Below are positions 19,526-28,221 of a DNA stretch of 64,000 nucleotides, in pieces; position 1 is the stretch's first letter; every line of letters begins with the position of its first letter. The notes beneath the pieces were generated by a model. That model had not been told where the DNA came from, did no database searches, and saw only the letters and a program-made list of their open reading frames with translations. The position numbers and the translations under genes are program-made. This DNA is from Candidatus Buchananbacteria bacterium RIFCSPLOWO2_01_FULL_39_33 (GTDB lineage: Bacteria > Patescibacteriota > Patescibacteriia > 2-01-FULL-39-33), in the NCBI GenBank assembly GCA_001817505.1, contig MHIM01000004.1:6953-70952 (forward strand). Direction: 5' to 3'.

Positions 19526-20929
19526 TTATTCTGTCTTACGTTTCTTTAAAACCGCCATTGGTGTTTTCAATAATATCAGCCAATCCAATTTCGGACTCCA
19601 ATTCTCCATATACCAGATATCTAACCTGATTTCTTCATTAAAGTCAAGGTCGCTGCGGCCAGCAACCTGCGCCATGCCGGTCATCCCTGGTTTGATAGTT
19701 AACACCCTTTTTTGGCGAATATTATACTTAGCCACTTCTTCTACTTCATGCGGCCTGGGGCCAACCAAGCTCATTTTACCAATCAGCACATTGAATAATT
19801 CCGGCAATTCATCCAAACTGAAACGCCTGATTATTTTTCCAACTCTGGTGATTCTGGGATCGTCTTTGAATTTTATCATCGGCGTGCCAGCCCGCAAATT
19901 TTCCTGGCTCTTTAAAAAATCCTCGTCAAATCTTTTTTGATGGGCGTTTTTTACCATTGATCGGAATTTAAAATAATTAAAGGGCTGACTGCCTTGGCCG
20001 ATCCTCTGATAAGAAAAAAAGACGCCGCCGCGGGAATCAATGATTATCAATAAAGTCATCAAAATCATCAGCGGTGAAAGTATGATTATTAAAATAAACG
20101 AGGCAAAAATATCAAAAGTTCTTTTATAGACCTTGCCCCAGCCGTCAAGGCGGGTTTTTTTAACTTCAATAATCGGCAGATTAGCCACAGTGTTAAATTC
20201 AAAATTAATTATCGGCGAATCAAAAATGCCGGCCACAAATTTCAAAGTCAAGTGATTTAAATAAGAAAAATTATTAAGTCGATTAACTTCCTCATCGGAA
20301 ATATTGGCATCCGCCACTAGGAGCTCGTCGATTTTATTTTTTTTAATCAGTTCGTATAATTGATTTTCAACTGTTTGGCTGAAATCAAAAAATTTGGCCA
20401 CAATTTTATAGCCGGCTTTAATATCTTTTTTGAAATTTTCTACCGCTTCATTGGCCAGCTGTCCTTTACCGATGATAACCACCCGATGAACGCCCAAGCC
20501 ATACCGATAAAGCCGGTGTTGGATAAAACGAATCAGGCCTCGGGTCATAATCACAAAAAGAGTGGAAAAAATCCAACCGGCAATGATAATAAAACGGGAA
20601 TCAAAAAGGTTACGGCTAAAGAAAAAAATGAACATTAAAATCGCCACAGCCGTGGAAGAACCCAGAACAATCTTATAAATTTCATCAATCGGCCGGCTGG
20701 TGCCGCGCATGGAATAAAGCCCGGCTAAAGCAAAGCCCAAAGGCCAGAGCAAAGCAATGACCCATAAAAGAGACAGGTAGGATTCAAACGACAATTCAAA
20801 AATCGCCGGTCTGATTTCTTGAACCGGCTGCCAAAAACGAATGAAGTAAGCAGCCAGGCCAGCTAAAATAACCGTCAAATAATCAATCGGCAGCAAGCTG
20901 GCGGAGATGGCTATTTCGGATTTTTTCAT
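19526..20929 (-). CDS. polyprenyl glycosylphosphotransferase (WbaP/bacterial sugar transferase family)
   Basis: Multi-TM N-terminus and a C-terminal KRTFDIFASFIL...FKFRSM...DELPELFNVLIGKMSLVGPRP. Confidence 0.8.
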   Translation of the reverse strand: MKKSEIAISASLLPIDYLTVILAGLAAYFIRFWQPVQEIRPAIFELSFESYLSLLWVIALLWPLGFALAGLYSMRGTSRPIDEIYKIVLGSSTAVAILMFIFFFSRNLFDSRFIIIAGWIFSTLFVIMTRGLIRFIQHRLYRYGLGVHRVVIIGKGQLANEAVENFKKDIKAGYKIVAKFFDFSQTVENQLYELIKKNKIDELLVADANISDEEVNRLNNFSYLNHLTLKFVAGIFDSPIINFEFNTVANLPIIEVKKTRLDGWGKVYKRTFDIFASFILIIILSPLMILMTLLIIIDSRGGVFFSYQRIGQGSQPFNYFKFRSMVKNAHQKRFDEDFLKSQENLRAGTPMIKFKDDPRITRVGKIIRRFSLDELPELFNVLIGKMSLVGPRPHEVEEVAKYNIRQKRVLTIKPGMTGMAQVAGRSDLDFNEEIRLDIWYMENWSPKLDWLILLKTPMAVLKKRKTE

Positions 20930-21034
20930 AAACTACAAAACTTACCAATCAATGATGAATTTACAAATATTAATTTTTTCATTTATCTTTATGTTAAGAT
21001 AATATCTTACCAGCTAAAATTGAAATTGTCAAAA

Positions 21035-21063
21035 TTGACAAATTAATTGCTTTATGATAACAT
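21035..21063 (+). promoter_or_regulatory. putative sigma70-like promoter for rnpB (-35 TTGACA, 17-nt spacer, -10 TAACAT)
   Basis: TTGACA at 21035..21040 and TAACAT at 21058..21063. The predicted TSS falls about 7 nt downstream, at the start of the RNase P P1 helix. Confidence 0.4.
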
Positions 21064-21070
21064 TAATAAT

Positions 21071-21596
21071 GTTCAAACAAGTTGGATGGTTGCTCTGATG
21101 CCGTCAATTGGCGGAATATCGGAGAGGAAAGTCCGAACACTCTTTGATAATTTATCAATATTTATCAATGTCATGGTAGTGGGTAACGCCCACCGGCTAG
21201 ATTGCAAAATATAGTCAGGACCAGTTCCACAGAGACAATACTAACCAGTACTACGCATTAGAAATCCTAAATCCAAAAATACAAACCCCAAATAAATTAA
21301 TTCAAAAAATAAAAATTGAATTCAAAATTGGGAGTTGGAAATTTGGTGCTTGGAATTTCCACTGCGTGGTAGTGGTAAAAGGTGAAAAGTGTTATGATGT
21401 TTTGGGATTAAGCAAGGGATATCCCCTTAGCCCAAAGCTACATGACTCAACTGTCGGCAACCGGCAGTTTGTGGTAAACTCTACCTGGTGCAACCTCAAA
21501 TATAGTAGAGGGCTGGAGCTTGCCAGCAATGACAAGCCAAGATAGATAACCATCTCCCTAACAGGAACAGAATTCGGCTTACAGGCTTGTTTGAAC
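21071..21596 (+). ncRNA. rnpB: RNase P RNA (bacterial type A) with a large AT-rich internal expansion
   Basis: P4 strands GAGGAAAGTCCGAAC and ACAGAATTCGGCTTACAGGC are present. P1 pairs gttcaaacaag (21071..) with cttgtttgaac (..21596). A GGTAACGCCCACC module is also seen. Confidence 0.8.
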
Positions 21597-21603
21597 AAAA
21601 AAA

Positions 21604-21631
21604 ATCACAACTTTAAGTTGTGATTTTTTTA
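21604..21631. terminator. rho-independent terminator hairpin (atcacaacttTAAgttgtgat + T-run), potentially bidirectional
   Basis: Perfect 9-bp stem followed by a T7 run. A preceding A-run gives symmetry for the convergent rnhA. Confidence 0.5.
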
Positions 21632-21642
21632 TCGGCTGAATT

Positions 21643-22053
21643 TTAAAACCGCTCATCAATGGCCTCATTAACCAGTTGGTCGGCTTCTTTATTATCCTCC
21701 CGAAATATATGGATGAATTTTACCTTTTTAAACTGTTGAGTCAGATTCCAAACCTGGATAAATAATGGCCTTAGACCTTCATTTTTAACCTTATACTCCC
21801 TTTTCAATTGTCTAACTACTAATTCCGAATCCAAATAGCAATCAACTTCACTGACACCGGCTTTTTTGGCTTCAGTCAAACCCAAAATCAAAGCCTGATA
21901 TTCAGCTTGATTATTGGTGGACTCGCCGATATATTTTTTAAAAATTTTTTTCTGACCGCTGATTTCCAAAACTACGCCAATACCCGCCGGTCCAGGATTG
22001 CCTCGAGCGCCGCCATCGGTGTGCAAAATCGCTTTAGACATAATGCTTAACAT
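21643..22053 (-). CDS. rnhA: ribonuclease HI
   Basis: DGGARGNPGPAGIGVV, NNQAEYQALILGL and a C-terminal REDNKEADQL. Confidence 0.8.
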   Translation of the reverse strand: MLSIMSKAILHTDGGARGNPGPAGIGVVLEISGQKKIFKKYIGESTNNQAEYQALILGLTEAKKAGVSEVDCYLDSELVVRQLKREYKVKNEGLRPLFIQVWNLTQQFKKVKFIHIFREDNKEADQLVNEAIDERF

Positions 22054-22149
22054 TTATTAATACTAAGAATATTATATTCATAGTTCGTTTCACTTATAAC
22101 ACAGTGGGGTCTTTTATTTATTATAATATAATTTTATACGAGCCTTATA

Positions 22150-22315
22150 AAATGAATTTGACTGCGGTCTAAAGACCGCAGTACCTGCCTGCCGGCAGGC
22201 AGGTCTGGGCAAATTCAGAATGACTGGTAGAGACGGGGCATGCCCCGTCTCTACCGCCGACAATATTTTTTCTCACACTGGCCTTCATCCCCTGGCTTAA
22301 AAGCCAGGGGTATTC
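22150..22315. repeat. intergenic cluster of four perfect GC-rich hairpins (REP-like)
   Basis: ctgcggtctAAAgaccgcag, acctgcctgccggcaggcaggt, ggtagagacggggcatgccccgtctctacc and cccctggcttaaaagccagggg lie consecutively. Confidence 0.6.
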
Positions 22316-22326
22316 GGCCAGCAACA

Positions 22327-22854
22327 TTATAAATTATACCAAAAGTTGAGTAAAATAAAAGCTCTTTGGGTAGTTACCAAAGAGCTAATTGATTCAATTT
22401 GACTTTTGACAGCCAAAAAGCCATGCCCTTCATGCCAAAGAAAATTGGCATAATCCAATTTCAGGCAACGCCGGTCATCATCGGTTACATCTAAGCTGGC
22501 GACCATCAAAAGATTTATGGATATTTTCCAAACGGAAGCTAAAGCGGAAATCGGCAAAGTTCTTTGTTTTTCTGGATAGCTAGCTCCCAAAGCCAAAAGA
22601 TGTTCTATTCTAGCCGAGTCATAACTTTCTAACCTCAGTCTTTCCCTAACAGCCGCTGAAGACATTTGACAATCAAAAGAAAAAATTCCCAACTCAACCT
22701 CCGGCTCTCCTTTAATTATCGGAAAATTATCTAGGGTGATATCACTATCAACCACTTGATAACGGCCAGCTGAAATCATCTGGGGCAGGGTCAACCTATA
22801 ATTAATCCTAAAGCGGACAAGCGGCCTGAAAGTGGACTTGGCACTCCTAACCAT
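22327..22854 (-). CDS. hypothetical protein
   Basis: 175-aa ORF with no recognised motif. Confidence 0.35.
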   Translation of the reverse strand: MVRSAKSTFRPLVRFRINYRLTLPQMISAGRYQVVDSDITLDNFPIIKGEPEVELGIFSFDCQMSSAAVRERLRLESYDSARIEHLLALGASYPEKQRTLPISALASVWKISINLLMVASLDVTDDDRRCLKLDYANFLWHEGHGFLAVKSQIESISSLVTTQRAFILLNFWYNL

Positions 22855-22943
22855 AGCACTTCTCCTGACTGTTTTACCCAGTTAATATCCGGTTTCTTAA
22901 AGATCTTGGTAAATTATAGCACATCCAAGATGATTGTCAATAT

Positions 22944-24671
22944 TTATATTTCGCTTTTCTTTAAATCAACAACCTTCAATTGCAATTCTCTATTATTATT
23001 CCATTCATTGATCCCGATTTCAAAAACCACATCTAGCTGGTCACCAATATCCAATTTAGTGCACCACTGGCTGAAATAAAAGCCGATAATTTTATGGCTG
23101 ACCGGATGATTGGCTTGACTAACCATTGCTCGCAAGTGCTGGCCGTCGCTGCCCACCATTTGTAGTTGTTCAATTCTTAGATTTTTTACCAAAAATAAAG
23201 GTTGGGGATTAGCCTCACCATAGGGCTCAAACCTTTTTAGCCAATTATAGAAATTCCAATCAATATCAGCTAAACTTATTGCCGCTTCAATACTTAAAAC
23301 CGGTTTTAAATCAAGCCCGGATAATTCTGCTTGAGCAATGGCTGATAATTTTTCTTTGAATTTATTAAAATTATCTTGGCCCAAAACCGTAAAGCCGCAG
23401 GCCTGGGGATGGCCGCCATATTTTTCCAAATATTTATCACTTTGCTTTAAAGCGCCAGTGATATCAAAAATATCAATACTTCGGCCTGAGCCGACGTATT
23501 TATCTCCGTCTTTAGCAACAACTATGGCCGGTAGATTATATTTATCGCTGATTTTGCCGGCCACCAAACCGACAATGCCCGGCTGCCAATTTTCCCCCAC
23601 CGCCCACAATAATTTCTCATTTTTAATAGCCTCAACTTGCCTTTCCGCTTCCCTTAAAATGGCGGCAGTAATTGATTGGCGCTCAGTGTTTTCTTTTTCC
23701 AATTGCCCGATTAATTTGGCTGACTCTTCAACGTCTTCTGAAACGATTAACCTGAAAGCTGAAGAAGCGTGATTGACCCGACCGGCCGCATTGATTCTGG
23801 GGACCAGACGCCAGCTGATATATTGGGCGTCTATTTCACCGCTGTAATGATTGACTTGTTCAATGATTTTCATCACCCCGGCGCGCCGTGTTTTATTTAA
23901 AACTATCAGGCCATACTTTACCAACACTCGATTCTCGCCCAATAAGGAAACCATATCACCGACAGTGGCAATCGCCACCAAATCCAACAGCCACTTGTCA
24001 AAACCGGCCGGAATCTTAGAGCTTAACTTAAATTCATTTTGTTTCTTCATCAGCGCCTGGACGATCTTAAAAGCCACACCAGTGCCGCAAAGATACCGGA
24101 AAGGATAAGTAGAATTTTTTAACGACGGATTGATAATAGCTAAGGCGCTATTAGGCAGTTCCAACGGCTCTTGATGATGATCGGTTATAATTACCTCAAC
24201 GCCTTGGCTTTTAAAAAGAGCGACTTCTTCTTTATTGGCAATGCCGCAATCAACGGTAATCACTAATTTATAGCCATTAGCAATAATTTCTTGGACGGCC
24301 GCCGGATTCAAGCCATAGCCCTCCTTTTCCCGAAAAGGAATCCAGACACCGACATTTATCCCTAATTTTTTCAAAGCATTGTATAGCACTGCGGTAGCGC
24401 AAACGCCGTCAGCGTCATAATCGCCATAAATCATAACTGGTTCATTATTCTTAGCAGCGGCTAAAATTCTCTTGACTGCTTTCTCCATATCGGCAAATAA
24501 AAAAGGATCTATGATTTGTTTTTCATAGTCGGGATTTAAAAAATCGTTGATTGCCCGGGGCTCGGTTAAACCTCGGTGATAAAGCAATTGCCGGATTATT
24601 TTGTTAGCCACGGGAAAATTCTCAACCAGCTGATCGGCGGCTGGTTCAAGAACTTGCCAGGTTTTTGGCAT
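22944..24671 (-). CDS. recJ: single-stranded-DNA-specific exonuclease RecJ
   Basis: DHH motifs (DYDADGVCATAVL, ITDHH), a DHHA1 region and a C-terminal OB-like domain. Confidence 0.85.
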   Translation of the reverse strand: MPKTWQVLEPAADQLVENFPVANKIIRQLLYHRGLTEPRAINDFLNPDYEKQIIDPFLFADMEKAVKRILAAAKNNEPVMIYGDYDADGVCATAVLYNALKKLGINVGVWIPFREKEGYGLNPAAVQEIIANGYKLVITVDCGIANKEEVALFKSQGVEVIITDHHQEPLELPNSALAIINPSLKNSTYPFRYLCGTGVAFKIVQALMKKQNEFKLSSKIPAGFDKWLLDLVAIATVGDMVSLLGENRVLVKYGLIVLNKTRRAGVMKIIEQVNHYSGEIDAQYISWRLVPRINAAGRVNHASSAFRLIVSEDVEESAKLIGQLEKENTERQSITAAILREAERQVEAIKNEKLLWAVGENWQPGIVGLVAGKISDKYNLPAIVVAKDGDKYVGSGRSIDIFDITGALKQSDKYLEKYGGHPQACGFTVLGQDNFNKFKEKLSAIAQAELSGLDLKPVLSIEAAISLADIDWNFYNWLKRFEPYGEANPQPLFLVKNLRIEQLQMVGSDGQHLRAMVSQANHPVSHKIIGFYFSQWCTKLDIGDQLDVVFEIGINEWNNNRELQLKVVDLKKSEI

Positions 24672-24903
24672 TTATCTAAGCTAAGTAATTAATAACTATC
24701 TCAATTTTAACAGAGATAAAAATAATTGACAATTGACAATTATTTTAATATCATTATTAGTGTTACCCTAAACTAATTTGGCATGAAAAAGCAAAAAATA
24801 CAAAAAACTATTTGGACTATCATAGTCATCCTGATGATTTTGTCAATGATAATTTTTACCTTAGCTCCCTTGCTATAAAATTGATATGGGATAAAGCCGG
24901 CTT

Positions 24904-26679
24904 TTATTTCTTCAAAACCGCCAAAAAAGCGTCGGCAGGTATATCAATTCGGCCGGTAACCATCATTTTCTTTTTGCCTTTTTTTTGCTTTTCCAAAAGC
25001 TTCTGCCTTCGACTCCAATCGCCGCCGTAAAGCTTGGCGGTAACATCTTTCCTTAAAGCCGAAATTCTTTCCGCCGCGATGATTTTGCCGCCAACTGCCG
25101 CTTGGATTTTAACAACAAATTGCTGTCTGGGCAATTTATTTTTCAGGATAGTGACTAGCCGGCGGCCCACTTCACCAGCCGAGTCCTTATAAGTTATCAG
25201 CGATAAGGCCTCAACCTTTTCTTCGGCTACCAGAATGTCCATTTTTACCGCTTCCGTTTTCTGCCAGCCGTAAAAATTATAATTTAAGCTGGCATAACCG
25301 GAAGAAATCGATTTCAACTTGTCATAAAAATCAACTATTAATTGGGTCAGGGGCAGATAATAATGCAAGATGGCCATCTCCCGGTCTAAATATTCGGTAT
25401 TGATGTAGGTCCCTCTTTTTTCGGCTGCCAGTTGCATTATTGTCCCCAAATATTGCTTGGGTGTGAAAATATCAACCTGCATCACCGGCTCTTCCACATA
25501 ATTTATAAAAGTCGGATCAGGAAATTCAATCGGGTTATAAATCATTTTTTCGCCGCCGCTCTTATAACAAACCTTGTAAGCCACACTGGGAGTGGTAACA
25601 ATCAGATCAAGGTCGAATTCGCGTTTTAATCTTTCCTGAAAAATTTCCAAATGCAGCAAGCCCAAAAACCCGCATCTAAAGCCAAAGCCCAGCGCCTGAG
25701 AATTTTCCGGTTCATACATCAGTGAAGCGTCATTGAGTTTGAGCTTTTCTACGGCCTCGCGCAACTTGGTATAATCGCTGCCGTCTTTACAAAAAACTCC
25801 GGCATAAACCATTGGTTTAATTTCCTGAAAACCCGGCCAGGGATTGACTTTGGCTTCAGCCAGTGTAATAGTATCGCCGACTTTCACTTGAGAAACATCG
25901 CGCAGGCCGGTGACTAAATAACCGATTTCCCCAGTTGTTAATCGGTTGCTTTTTACATATTGGGGAGAAAAATAACCAACTTCCAGCGCCTTAGCCAACT
26001 TATTACTGGCCACGAATTTTACCGCTTCGCCATTTTTGATTTCGCCTTCAAAAACCCTGATATAAGCAATCACTCCTTTATATTCATCATAAAGAGAATC
26101 AAAAATTAAGGCCCGAAGATTTTTTTTATCAGGGGCTATAGCCGGCGGCGGTACCTTGGCTATGACCGCCTTTAAAACACCTTCAACGCCTGCGCCGGTT
26201 TTAGCCGAAACCTTATAAATTTCCTCCTCCCGACAACCTAAAATGCTAATGATTTCCTCTTGGACTCTGTCTATCTGCGCGTTGGGCAGATCAATTTTAT
26301 TAATGACCGGTATAATCTCCAAATTCTGATCCAGCGCCAAATACAAATTGGCCAAGGTCTGGGCCTGGATTCCTTGGGTGGCATCAACCAACAGTATCGC
26401 TCCTTCAACCGACATTAAACTGCGGGAAACCTCATAAGTAAAATCAACATGGCCGGGAGTATCAATTAAATTCAATTCATAACCACCATATTTCATTCTA
26501 ACCGGCTGGAGTTTGATAGTAATTCCCCTCTCCTGCTCAATATCCATTTGATCCAGAAGCTGGGCTTTCATATGCCGCTTATCAACCGTGCCGGTAATTT
26601 CCAGCATACGATCGGCTAAAGTTGACTTGCCATGGTCAATATGAGCGATAACGCAGAAATTGCGTATTTTATTGGTCAT
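24904..26679 (-). CDS. lepA: translation elongation factor 4 (LepA)
   Basis: IRNFCVIAHIDHGKSTLADRMLE plus full GTPase and LepA C-terminal domains. Start moved to the internal Met (MTNKIRNF); the longer ORF adds an implausible extension. Confidence 0.9.
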   Translation of the reverse strand: MTNKIRNFCVIAHIDHGKSTLADRMLEITGTVDKRHMKAQLLDQMDIEQERGITIKLQPVRMKYGGYELNLIDTPGHVDFTYEVSRSLMSVEGAILLVDATQGIQAQTLANLYLALDQNLEIIPVINKIDLPNAQIDRVQEEIISILGCREEEIYKVSAKTGAGVEGVLKAVIAKVPPPAIAPDKKNLRALIFDSLYDEYKGVIAYIRVFEGEIKNGEAVKFVASNKLAKALEVGYFSPQYVKSNRLTTGEIGYLVTGLRDVSQVKVGDTITLAEAKVNPWPGFQEIKPMVYAGVFCKDGSDYTKLREAVEKLKLNDASLMYEPENSQALGFGFRCGFLGLLHLEIFQERLKREFDLDLIVTTPSVAYKVCYKSGGEKMIYNPIEFPDPTFINYVEEPVMQVDIFTPKQYLGTIMQLAAEKRGTYINTEYLDREMAILHYYLPLTQLIVDFYDKLKSISSGYASLNYNFYGWQKTEAVKMDILVAEEKVEALSLITYKDSAGEVGRRLVTILKNKLPRQQFVVKIQAAVGGKIIAAERISALRKDVTAKLYGGDWSRRQKLLEKQKKGKKKMMVTGRIDIPADAFLAVLKK

Positions 26680-26810
26680 AAAAATTAATCTAAGTGTCTT
26701 ACCGCGAAAAAAATTGACTAAAAAACCAATCAATGCTAAATTATTGTATCAGGAAGCACCTTTAAAATCAACCTGGTTAAAAACCAAAACGGCAACTTGG
26801 GAGAAAAACC

Positions 26811-27458
26811 ATGGCTAAAAAGCCGGGATTAAAAAGTAAAAAATTGTTTTTAGCCTTTTTGATTATTGGCCTATTAATAAATCCGATTGGCCTTAGCCAG
26901 TCGGCTGGTCAACCGGCAATTAAATTATTTTCCATCTTGCCTAATCTTGATAAATTATTGCGACAAAAACCGGCGCCGTATGAATTGCATACTATCTCCT
27001 TAGTTGATGCTCATCCCAGCCGGAAAAGCCTCATAGAAGTATCAATTAGGGGGGACAAAAAAGGGGTCTTCATCCATATCCGCCACAAAATCCGTCCCGG
27101 CTGGCTGAAAAGAATAAATTACCAACTCACTCTGACTGATGAACCAATAAAAACCAGTGATGGTTTTAAATTTGGCAATATCACTGAAATCAAAGCTAAT
27201 TTCTCCAATAACTACGGGCAAAATTCTCAAGGCTTGGCTATGACTGTTTCTAAAAGTGTTTATTTTGATGTTGACCAAGGGCCTTGGCCGCCGGCTATGC
27301 TGGCTGATTTGGAAAAACTTTATGATTCAGTCGCTGAGGCCATTTTAAACCAGGATAATGATTCAATCCACCAAATAACCCATCAACTCCAATTAGCCGA
27401 TTTCTTTCAAAAACACCGGCTCATCAACGAAGAAGATGTCACGGTGCGATCTAAATAA
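26811..27458 (+). CDS. hypothetical secreted protein
   Basis: 215 aa with an N-terminal signal-like hydrophobic segment. Confidence 0.4.
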   Translation: MAKKPGLKSKKLFLAFLIIGLLINPIGLSQSAGQPAIKLFSILPNLDKLLRQKPAPYELHTISLVDAHPSRKSLIEVSIRGDKKGVFIHIRHKIRPGWLKRINYQLTLTDEPIKTSDGFKFGNITEIKANFSNNYGQNSQGLAMTVSKSVYFDVDQGPWPPAMLADLEKLYDSVAEAILNQDNDSIHQITHQLQLADFFQKHRLINEEDVTVRSK

Positions 27459-27535
27459 GCCGATAATGCTCCTCTTTTTGGGGAGCTTTTATTCTTATTA
27501 TGATTAAATTGACACAACTATAAAATTATACTAAG

Positions 27536-28078
27536 ATGAATTTGGTTATTAGCACCTTTAAACCAAGGAGAAAAACAATGTCTAACAGAAAAAAGGAGTT
27601 AATTGGTTTTATCTCATTTATTCTGATGTTGCTCTTTTTACTATTAACCCTGCTCGGCACTAATCAGGAAAAAAACTTAACTATTGTCCTTAAAGAGGGC
27701 TCAATTTTACAAAAGGCCTTAATTATCGGCGACCCTAAAAAACCAATAATTAACCCGCGATCGGTTTCAACTTCGGTACTAATGGAAAATAACGAATATT
27801 ACCAAAAGTCATTGAAAGCCAAAAATGCCGGTTTATTGGGTAAGTCCGACATTTATTTCCAGTGGGCCAAAGAAACGGTAATGAAACAAATCAAGACCTA
27901 TGCTCAAACAAACAATATTGGATTCATCTTTGAAGAAGGACCGTTTTTCAAATTTTTAAGGACCAAATTGGATTTTGCCAATAAAACCAACAAGGAGTTG
28001 AGAGAAGAATTTGATCTAACCGATGCTATTATAAAATCAGTTAGGCAAGAAAAGGCCAAGGCGGCAAAGAAGCAATAA
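27536..28078 (+). CDS. hypothetical membrane-anchored protein
   Basis: 180 aa, single N-terminal TM helix, Lys-rich C-terminus. The start may be the internal MSNRKK. Confidence 0.35.
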   Translation: MNLVISTFKPRRKTMSNRKKELIGFISFILMLLFLLLTLLGTNQEKNLTIVLKEGSILQKALIIGDPKKPIINPRSVSTSVLMENNEYYQKSLKAKNAGLLGKSDIYFQWAKETVMKQIKTYAQTNNIGFIFEEGPFFKFLRTKLDFANKTNKELREEFDLTDAIIKSVRQEKAKAAKKQ

Positions 28079-28221
28079 AATGGTTTAACAAAAACCTCCT
28101 ATTAAAGGAGGTTTTATTTTTTCTCCCACTCCTTTGGCACTTCGTGCTACTCCCCCCTGCCTACCCTGACTACCGGCAGGCCGGCCGGACAAACAAGCTC
28201 GGGCAGGTAGAGATAATCAAA

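Noticed and set aside
21392-21598. 68-aa minus-strand ORF
   Set aside because: Lies entirely inside the RNase P RNA gene (P4 3' strand region), so it is an artefact of the structured RNA.
24783-24878. 31-aa hydrophobic mini-ORF (MKKQKIQKTIWTIIVILMILSMIIFTLAPLL) in the recJ-lepA spacer next to ttgacaattgacaatt
   Set aside because: Plausible small membrane peptide, but too short to support from sequence alone and not listed as a feature.
24904-26733. Longer LepA ORF with an 18-aa N-terminal extension (MIGFLVNFFRGKTLRLIF)
   Set aside because: The extension precedes the conserved EF4 N-terminus, and the internal Met at 26679 gives the canonical start.
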